Shown here one piece after another: positions 37,049 through 43,356 of a DNA stretch of 43,356 nt (positions are counted from its first letter, which is position 1; every line of letters starts with the position of its first letter). Location: the NCBI GenBank assembly GCA_016303175.1, contig JAEDMF010000001.1, positions 1-43,356 of the forward strand, in the 5' to 3' direction. Both the position numbers and the translations under genes were made by a program. The DNA is from Bacteroidales bacterium. Lineage in GTDB: Bacteria > Bacteroidota > Bacteroidia > Bacteroidales > UBA932. A model generated the notes under the pieces. That model was not told the origin of the DNA and did not search any database. It was given only the letters and a program-made list of their open reading frames with translations.

Positions 37049-38179
37049 TTAAAGCCTCCTTACGAGTTTGTCCGCAACGGAGTCCTTCCACGCCTTGAAG
37101 TCGCCTGCGAGAATGTGTTTGCGGGCTGTCCTGACCAGGTCCAGATAAAAGGCCAGATTGTGCTCTGAGGCTATCTGGGCGGCGAACATCTCGCCGGCGA
37201 TGAACAGGTGGCGCAGATAGGCCTTGCTGTACTGGTGATCTACGAAAGATGTGCCCATGGGATCCAGTTCGGAGAAATCGTCGGCCCATTTGCGGTTGCG
37301 CATATTCATTACTCCCTCCCAGGTGAAGAGCATTCCGTTGCGCCCGTTGCGCGTGGGCATCACGCAGTCGAACATATCCACACCCCTTTCAATGCCTTCC
37401 AGGATATTCAGCGGAGTGCCCACTCCCATAAGGTAACGAGGTTTGTCCGCGGGCAGGGCGGGGCAGGTAAGCTCCAGCATCCTGTACATTTCCTCGGCAG
37501 GCTCTCCTACGGCCAGACCGCCTATGGCATAGCCGTCCGCGTCCAGTTTTACGGCGTGTTCCACCGAGCGCAGCCTCAGGTCGGGATAGGTGCAACCCTG
37601 GATTATGGGGAAAAGACTCTGATAGTAGCCGTACAGAGGTTCAGTCTCCTTGTAGCGCCTCCAACATCTTTCCAGCCAGTTCTGCGTAAGCTTGAGGGAC
37701 TTGGCGGCATAATTGTAGTCGGCGTCGCCCGGGCAGCATTCGTCCAGGGCCATCATTATGTCCGCCCCTATTATTCTCTGGGTGTCCACATTGTTTTCGG
37801 GAGTGAAACAATGGCGGCTGCCGTCGATGTGGCTCTGGAAAGTGCAACCCTCCTGAGTGAGCTTGCGTATGCCTGTCAGCGAAAAAACCTGGAAACCTCC
37901 GCTGTCGGTGAGTATGGGGCCGTCCCAGGAAATGAATTTATGCAGTCCTCCCGCCGAACGCAGGATGTCAAGCCCCGGCCTAAGGTAGAGATGATAGGTG
38001 TTGCCCAAAATGATTTGCGCCCCTATATCCTCTTTCAAGTCTCTGTGGTACACGCCCTTGACGGAACCTACGGTGCCCACGGGCATAAAGATGGGTGTTT
38101 CTATCTTGCCGTGGTCAGTTGTCAGCACTCCGCATCTTGCCGCACTGTTCTCATCTGTTTTTATAAGTTCGAATGTCAT
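37049..38179 (-). CDS. tgt: tRNA-guanine(34) transglycosylase
   Basis: ETPIFMPVGT, GNTYHLYLRPG, LTDSGGFQVFSL, DECCP, GGLAVGE, PRYLMGVG and DMFDCVMPTRNGRNG. ATG at 38179. Confidence 0.98.
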   Translation of the reverse strand: MTFELIKTDENSAARCGVLTTDHGKIETPIFMPVGTVGSVKGVYHRDLKEDIGAQIILGNTYHLYLRPGLDILRSAGGLHKFISWDGPILTDSGGFQVFSLTGIRKLTQEGCTFQSHIDGSRHCFTPENNVDTQRIIGADIMMALDECCPGDADYNYAAKSLKLTQNWLERCWRRYKETEPLYGYYQSLFPIIQGCTYPDLRLRSVEHAVKLDADGYAIGGLAVGEPAEEMYRMLELTCPALPADKPRYLMGVGTPLNILEGIERGVDMFDCVMPTRNGRNGMLFTWEGVMNMRNRKWADDFSELDPMGTSFVDHQYSKAYLRHLFIAGEMFAAQIASEHNLAFYLDLVRTARKHILAGDFKAWKDSVADKLVRRL

Positions 38180-38199
38180 CCGCAACACAATTACGCCGC

Positions 38200-38207
38200 C
38201 AAATATA
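38200..38207 (-). promoter_or_regulatory. -7 promoter element for tgt-lptF/G
   Basis: The reverse complement of CAAATATA is TATATTTG, 20 nt upstream of the tgt ATG. Confidence 0.65.
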
Positions 38208-38228
38208 GTAAAATCCCGTGAAAAACTT

Positions 38229-38236
38229 TATTTTTG
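38229..38236 (+). promoter_or_regulatory. -7 promoter element for the nucleoside permease
   Basis: TATTTTTG matches TAnnTTTG, 36 nt before ATG 38273. Confidence 0.55.
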
Positions 38237-38272
38237 TGCGTTTGCTTCGGCAATCCTATAAAATTTGACAGT

Positions 38273-39616
38273 ATGCAAGACAAATGGATCAGAACCAGAA
38301 TTGCGCTGATGTGCTTTCTGGAATTTGCCGTGTGGGGAGCCTACCTCACATCTATGGGCTCGTATCTGTGCAACGCAGGAGAGCAGTTTGCCGGCAAGAT
38401 AGGCCTTTTCTACACAATGCAGGGCGTCGTGTCCATCTTTATGCCTGCCATCATAGGCATCATTGCGGACCGTTATATCCCAGCCCAGAAGACATTGGGA
38501 CTTTGCCACGCCCTTGCGGGCCTGTTTATGCTCGGGGCGGGCTATGTGGGTCAGGCGCAGGGCTCCCTCGTCAGCTTTCCCCTGATGTTCACCCTGTACT
38601 CCTTGTCTGTGGCCTTCTTCATGCCTACCATAGCTCTGACCAATTCCGTGGCCTACAACGCCCTTAAGAGGAACAGTTACGACCCCGAAGTGGCCTTCCC
38701 TCCCATCCGCATCTGGGGCACCATAGGCTTCATCTGCATGATGCTTGCGGTCAACTTCATCAAGGTCCCCTCTGCAAGTTTCCAGGATGCCGCCCACCAG
38801 TGCGCCATTTCAATGCAGAAGACCTACCACCAGTTCTATGTCAGCGGTGCGGTATCCGTGCTTCTCGCCCTGTATGCCCTGTCCATGCCCAAGTGCTCAG
38901 TTGCGCGTTCGGAGGGTAAGGTCAGCATTGCGGACGCTCTCGGTCTGAAAGCCTTCAGCCTGTTCAGATCACGCCAGATGGCCGTCTTCTTCATTTTCTC
39001 GATGTTGCTGGGCGTGTCTTTGCAGATAACCAACGGTTATGCCAATCCCTTCATCTCGCACTTTGCCAAGGTTCCCGGTTTCGAGGGCGGCTGGTGGGCT
39101 GAGAATGCAAACCTGCTGATTTCCCTGTCCCAGCTTTCGGAGACCGTGTGCATCCTGCTGATTCCCTGGGCAATGAAGAAGTTCAACATCAAGGGCGTGA
39201 TGCTCATCGCAATGTTCGCCTGGGTGCTTCGCTTCGGTTTCTTCGGCATAGGCGATACCGGTAATATGCTTTGGGCAATGATACTGTCCTGCATCGTTTA
39301 CGGCGTGGCCTTTGACTTCTTCAATGTGTCCGGTTCCCTATACGTCGAGCAGACTACGGATCCCTCCATACGCTCCAGCGCCCAGGGCCTGTTTATGCTT
39401 ATGACCAACGGCATAGGCGCCACTCTCGGCACTCTCGTGGCCCAGGCCGTTATCAACGTATTCACAGAAGGACAGTCTTTCGGCTCCGAATGGCTGCTTA
39501 TGGACAAAGCCGGCACTATGGGCTGGAGCGGCGCTTGGCTCATCTTTGCGGCCTACGCTCTGGTTGTTGCCGTGGCTTTCATCTTTGCGTTCAAGAACCC
39601 GGCAAAGAAGAGTTGA
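38273..39616 (+). CDS. MFS nucleoside:H+ symporter (NupG-like)
   Basis: FLEFAVWGAY, GIIADRY, FMPTIALTNS, FPPIRIWGTIGFI, SLSQLSE, AWVLRF, YGVAFDFFN and RSSAQGLF..MTNGIG. Multiple TM helices. Confidence 0.9.
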   Translation: MQDKWIRTRIALMCFLEFAVWGAYLTSMGSYLCNAGEQFAGKIGLFYTMQGVVSIFMPAIIGIIADRYIPAQKTLGLCHALAGLFMLGAGYVGQAQGSLVSFPLMFTLYSLSVAFFMPTIALTNSVAYNALKRNSYDPEVAFPPIRIWGTIGFICMMLAVNFIKVPSASFQDAAHQCAISMQKTYHQFYVSGAVSVLLALYALSMPKCSVARSEGKVSIADALGLKAFSLFRSRQMAVFFIFSMLLGVSLQITNGYANPFISHFAKVPGFEGGWWAENANLLISLSQLSETVCILLIPWAMKKFNIKGVMLIAMFAWVLRFGFFGIGDTGNMLWAMILSCIVYGVAFDFFNVSGSLYVEQTTDPSIRSSAQGLFMLMTNGIGATLGTLVAQAVINVFTEGQSFGSEWLLMDKAGTMGWSGAWLIFAAYALVVAVAFIFAFKNPAKKS

Positions 39617-39662
39617 AAAATGTTCTGTAGCATTGAATCTTGCAACAAGTGCTAGTAATATG

Positions 39663-39705
39663 AAAAAAAGTGGTCCTAAGCGGGTAAAACCGTAGGACCA
39701 CTTTT
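39663..39705. terminator. Bidirectional intrinsic terminator between the permease (+) and tRNA-Leu (-)
   Basis: AAAAGTGGTCCTA...CGG-GTAAAA-CCG-TAGGACCACTTTT: perfect 13-bp outer inverted repeat with A/T tracts on both sides. Confidence 0.85.
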
Positions 39706-39710
39706 GCTTG

Positions 39711-39792
39711 TACCTTGGGCCGGGGTCGAACCGGCACGGGTCGCCCCACTGGTGTTTGAGACCAGCGCGTCTACCGATTCCGCCACCAAGGC
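39711..39792 (-). tRNA. tRNA-Leu (anticodon CAA)
   Basis: Reverse complement GCCTTGGTGGCGGAATCGGTAGACGCGCTGGTCTCAAACACCAGTGGGGCGACCCGTGCCGGTTCGACCCCGGCCCAAGGTA. Acceptor stem, anticodon arm CTGGT-CTCAAAC-ACCAG, long variable arm and GGTTCGA T-loop. CCA is not encoded. Confidence 0.97.
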
Positions 39793-39836
39793 ACTTCAAA
39801 GAGCAAAGGCGGGACATCTTCCAGCCCCAACGGGTG

Positions 39837-39844
39837 CAAAGTTA
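39837..39844 (-). promoter_or_regulatory. -7 promoter element for tRNA-Leu
   Basis: The reverse complement of CAAAGTTA is TAACTTTG (followed by CAC), 44 nt upstream of the tRNA 5' end. Confidence 0.7.
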
Positions 39845-39899
39845 AACCAAATTGTTCATTTTTGCAACTGTCATCTTTCCATTTTCCGAATAAAATTAG

Positions 39900-39907
39900 T
39901 ACCTTTG
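39900..39907 (+). promoter_or_regulatory. -7 promoter element for the DUF3575/fimbrial operon
   Basis: TACCTTTG matches TAnnTTTG just upstream of the ORF at 39918. Confidence 0.5.
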
Positions 39908-39917
39908 TTGCCCGGCA

Positions 39918-41177
39918 ATGTGTTTAATCACGCGAATATCATATCCCTTACGCGCGTTTTGTGTTTTTACGTGCGTGTTCTTCTGCACTTTTGCAAACGC
40001 CCAGGTAATGAACCGGACTCATTTTGCAGAAGCTCTGAACAGGGATTACACTCTTGCCGAAAGATTCTCATACAGGACAAATGTTTTGGAGTGGCTGCTT
40101 ACAATTCCCAATGTCGGTATAGAATTCGACCTCTCATCCAGCCAGTACAACAGACATACAATTGGTCTTGAGGCCAAATACAACTGGAATACATACCAGA
40201 AATATGCCCCGTCCACGGTTTTCGATATGTTTGACATACGTCCGGAATACAGGTATTATTACAGACATACCCAGAGGGCTCCCCGCGCTGCATCCGACAC
40301 CGCAAAACTCGGTTTTGCCCGATGGTGGAACGAGCGTTTCTGGACTACGGCCCGTAAGAATCCCCGTCCGTGGAGAGCAAACTACATAGGAGCGTATATG
40401 GATTATTCCCAGTATTCCTTCAAATTCGGAGGTGCTTCCGGCCTTCAGGGGCAGTCTGTGGGTTTCGGCTTGTCCTGGGGTTATGATGTTCCTCGCTATC
40501 AGTACAGAAAGTGCGCGATAGATGTGGAAGTCGGTTTTTCCGTAGGCTTGGCCGTGACCCGATATACAGCTTATTCGCACACCACCGATGGCTATTATTA
40601 TGTTCCGCTGCCCGAGAAGTCGAAGAATTGGCATTTGACTCCTTTCCCTGTCGTTTCGGAAGTGAAACTGGCATTTGTGCTCCGTCCTGTATCGATAGAG
40701 AGCAAATACATAAACGAGGACCCTCTGCTGAAGAAATATCTTCTTGCCAAGAAGGATGTCGAATATCCCTTTTCCGAGAACGGAAGTATCAACAAGACTC
40801 GCTTCGATGAGTCCCACGAGGTCGAGTTGGACCAGTTCCGCAAGGACAGAAAGGCATATAGAGACGCGTTCAGGGAATATATGGATTCCGAGGCGAAGAG
40901 TGCTGTTGATAATGCCGTATCAGGCCTGAATGACGAGGGCTGCAGGAAGAAGCTTCAGAATTATGTTAATTCGCTGAAATTCAAGGCTATGTTGGTGTTT
41001 GAGTCCGCTGTGTCGAAGGAATTGCGAAATAATGAGGCCCAAAGGAGGAAGGAAGACAGGCAAGTGAAAAAGGCGGAGAAGCAGACGCAAAAGCAGACGG
41101 AAAAGCATGCGAGAAAACAGGCGGGGAAGTCCGCTGAACCCAAAATTGATAATAAGGGAGAGGACGGTGATGCGTAG
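39918..41177 (+). CDS. DUF3575-like outer-membrane beta-barrel protein with helical, charged C-terminal extension
   Basis: Signal peptide ...TFANAQ. RTNVLEWLLTIPNVGIEF, YNWN, RPEYRYY, GLSWGY and IDVEVGFSVG match the DUF3575 pattern. Confidence 0.75.
   Translation: MCLITRISYPLRAFCVFTCVFFCTFANAQVMNRTHFAEALNRDYTLAERFSYRTNVLEWLLTIPNVGIEFDLSSSQYNRHTIGLEAKYNWNTYQKYAPSTVFDMFDIRPEYRYYYRHTQRAPRAASDTAKLGFARWWNERFWTTARKNPRPWRANYIGAYMDYSQYSFKFGGASGLQGQSVGFGLSWGYDVPRYQYRKCAIDVEVGFSVGLAVTRYTAYSHTTDGYYYVPLPEKSKNWHLTPFPVVSEVKLAFVLRPVSIESKYINEDPLLKKYLLAKKDVEYPFSENGSINKTRFDESHEVELDQFRKDRKAYRDAFREYMDSEAKSAVDNAVSGLNDEGCRKKLQNYVNSLKFKAMLVFESAVSKELRNNEAQRRKEDRQVKKAEKQTQKQTEKHARKQAGKSAEPKIDNKGEDGDA
41079..41126 (+). 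repeat. Degenerate 12-bp tandem repeat x4 (KQTQ-KQTE-KHAR-KQAG) in the DUF3575 tail
   Basis: AAGCAGACGCAA AAGCAGACGGAA AAGCATGCGAGA AAACAGGCGGGG. Confidence 0.6.
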
Positions 41178-42336
41178 ATGGGCACTCATATCGCTTTGTC
41201 TGACGATGGCAGTTCTCTGCAACACTGCTTGTGTCGGCGTCGCCTTCGATACCATTGTGAACGACAATGTCTCTCCGACATCCGCAGCTTTCGCTTGGGA
41301 TGGTGTGTCTTCTCATCCCGACTCGATGACGGTGATTTCAACCAGAACGGAGAAGGAATTGCATTACCGCTTTGGTTATAAATACGAGAATGCTTCTGCC
41401 GCGGGCATATCCGATATTGTCTCGTTCGTAAGGGGCGAGTATTATTCGGTAGCCGTAGGCTATGAGAAGGATATGTATTCCATTCCTGACCTCGGCTCAT
41501 TCCTCTCGGACAGAAGTTACCCTCTGTCGGGTCTTGTTGCCAGGCCGCGCCAGGTTCTGGATGGCTCAGCCGGGGATTTGTCCGTTATGGAGGCCCAGAG
41601 TCTCATTTGGGAGAGTATGGGCTTTCCTGTGGGGCTGTTGTCCGCCCTCGACAGGCACGACAGTTATTGGGACGATATGGCTCCGGAAACCCCTGCCATA
41701 GAATCCTGCGGTCCCTTGTTTGTGGCAGAGAACAAATCATATATTGATCCGGCAGAAAAGACGCTCCTGTCTTTTTCTCCCGCAGACATCACCGTGCAAA
41801 TTGACTTGAGCATTCCCGTTGTTGTCAAGCAAGGACTCAACGTCGATATTGAATGCGCCTTTGCCTGCTTGTCGGGCATTCCTTCGTATGTCACCCTGAT
41901 GTCACAACTGATGGAAAGGAAGGACCTCGGCAAAACATATATCCCTCTTTCTCCCGATATGTCCGGCAAATATGTCGGAACTCTCCGCACGCTGGGCCTG
42001 TTTTCGCCGGATTTGCCGACTTTTGTGGGAGGCCCGGGTATCCTGTACCTGTATTTCCTGACCAGCCGGTACGAAAATGGGGAGAAGATATATCATATCT
42101 CCCAGCCTATCGTGAGGAATTTGTGGAGTGCTTTGGGCTCCTCGTACACATCCTTGGAAAACAAGATAATGTCCCGTTCGTCGCTGTCCAACCAATACTA
42201 TCTGAATGTCAGTTCCTATGCCATCGACCTTCCTGTCATCACTATTTCGAAGATAGTCGAGGGAGATGTGAAGTTTGAGTGGGAAGATGGAGAAGAATTT
42301 GAAGGCACTGAACCTGAAGAACCTGAATTCAACTGA
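41170..42336 (+). CDS. Putative lipoprotein, possible pilus anchor/accessory (DUF5119/Mfa2-like)
   Basis: ATG 41170 overlaps the upstream stop. Hydrophobic signal ending NTAC. FAWDG...PDSMTVI, LSGIPSYVTL and LRTLGL motifs, acidic C-tail. Lies between the DUF3575 and fimbrillin genes. The family call is tentative. Confidence 0.5.
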   Translation: MRRWALISLCLTMAVLCNTACVGVAFDTIVNDNVSPTSAAFAWDGVSSHPDSMTVISTRTEKELHYRFGYKYENASAAGISDIVSFVRGEYYSVAVGYEKDMYSIPDLGSFLSDRSYPLSGLVARPRQVLDGSAGDLSVMEAQSLIWESMGFPVGLLSALDRHDSYWDDMAPETPAIESCGPLFVAENKSYIDPAEKTLLSFSPADITVQIDLSIPVVVKQGLNVDIECAFACLSGIPSYVTLMSQLMERKDLGKTYIPLSPDMSGKYVGTLRTLGLFSPDLPTFVGGPGILYLYFLTSRYENGEKIYHISQPIVRNLWSALGSSYTSLENKIMSRSSLSNQYYLNVSSYAIDLPVITISKIVEGDVKFEWEDGEEFEGTEPEEPEFN

Positions 42337-43356
42337 TGAGACGCGGAATAACTCATAGGATATTGCTGATGTGCGGCGTGCTCTTGACAGCTGCCGGCTG
42401 TCTTGACGGCTCGTACAGCGGTCCTTTCGACCCCACTACCCTTGCGGTCGATCCAATTGCCGTGGTAATCAGGTTTGCGGACAAGGAGGAATCCAAGGCG
42501 ACCTACGAGGGCAAGGGGACGCTGCAGGATCTTACGAAGCTTGAGAACGATACGATGTATGTGAGCATAGTCCGCAATGATCAGAAAGTATCATTCAGGA
42601 ATTCGGCCAATTTCCTGCTTCAGAATCGTCCGGCGGTAGTGAATTTGCAGGATTCCAAACTGGATTGGATGCTCAAGGATGGCGACGCGCCCGTGTATTA
42701 TCCTTGGCACGAGCGGGCCAAGGAAGGCTATGCGATGTTCGCCTGGTATGCCGACAATGCCGAGAAAGGCGCCACCAAGGTTCTGGAGGACAGAATATGC
42801 CGACATTTGCGTATAGACGGCACTCAGGATGTTATGGGTTCCAAAGCTTATGCTTGGTCAACTTCTTCTCCTAATGAGAAATTGTACTCTTTCAGCTATT
42901 ATACTGCGGTGAGGAATCTGGAACCTCTAGTATGTCCTACCCACTTGTTGACTTGTATGTCGTTCAGGTTCAAGGCACATATTTCGGAGGTAAAGCAGAG
43001 GATTACCATAAAGTCCGTTACTATCAAAGCCTGCAACAACATAATATTGACTGCGTGCTCGAGCGGCGACCAATGGCAGACCATAGAAACGGAAGGGGAA
43101 CCGGTGGATTTGGGCTATCATTTGATTCCCGGATATGAACAACGGGAGGGAAAGTCCTTGACTATCAATTCGGTGTCCAGTAAGGAAGAAATGCCCTTGC
43201 CTGTGTATGTCGGGGACATACTCTTCCCGCCGACCACGGCAACCAGCACTTTGATTGCAATAAATGCCGAGCAGGAGGTTTTCAATGCCAGCCTCAACGG
43301 CTATGGTGAGCCTATTCCTTTCCATACCGAACTTGAAATCAACCACCCGTCAGGTT
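42336..43356 (+). CDS. Fimbrillin-family lipoprotein, truncated by the window end (absent from the ORF track)
   Basis: TGATG overlap. Manual translation MRRGITHRILLMCGVLLTAAGC... stays open for 340 codons to the window end. Motifs SKA, VYYP, YAMFAWYAD, IDGTQDVM, FSYYTA and HLLTCMSF are typical of Mfa1-like pilins. Confidence 0.75.
   Translation, partial: MRRGITHRILLMCGVLLTAAGCLDGSYSGPFDPTTLAVDPIAVVIRFADKEESKATYEGKGTLQDLTKLENDTMYVSIVRNDQKVSFRNSANFLLQNRPAVVNLQDSKLDWMLKDGDAPVYYPWHERAKEGYAMFAWYADNAEKGATKVLEDRICRHLRIDGTQDVMGSKAYAWSTSSPNEKLYSFSYYTAVRNLEPLVCPTHLLTCMSFRFKAHISEVKQRITIKSVTIKACNNIILTACSSGDQWQTIETEGEPVDLGYHLIPGYEQREGKSLTINSVSSKEEMPLPVYVGDILFPPTTATSTLIAINAEQEVFNASLNGYGEPIPFHTELEINHPSG

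Noticed and set aside
39617..39917. tRNA-Leu as an integration site for a genomic island
   Set aside because: No integrase and no duplicated tRNA 3' end were seen. The 3' flank is a terminator and a housekeeping permease.

Overview
Bacteroidales-type chromosomal window. The lineage is inferred from the SusC/SusD pair, a hybrid two-component system, TAnnTTTG promoters and A-rich translation starts. Block 1 (10-30777, all + strand) is a large, atypical polysaccharide-utilization locus (PUL). It encodes a GH3 glycosidase, two fimbrillin-like lipoproteins, a BACON/degenerate-EEP lipoprotein, SusC, SusD, BACON and BACON-DUF5689 lipoproteins, and two proteins carrying three paralogous Asp-box propeller modules. 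These are followed by an unannotated 48-aa YxxP peptide, a third fimbrillin with a C-type-lectin-like tip, an HTCS regulator that appears to lack its Y_Y_Y domain, a DUF5107-TPR protein, a GH5-like hydrolase and an SGNH esterase. Block 2 (30829-35733) is a nitrogen-themed operon, purF-pyrG-PII-amtB, behind a long leader with a uORF and alternative hairpins. A ~158-nt highly structured element follows it. Block 3 holds housekeeping genes: lptF/G and tgt (-), a nucleoside permease (+) and tRNA-Leu(CAA) (-). Block 4 (39918-end) is the start of a type V pilus-like operon that runs off the window. No CRISPR array, transposase, integrase or reverse transcriptase was seen. All family calls come from motif recognition by eye, not database searches.
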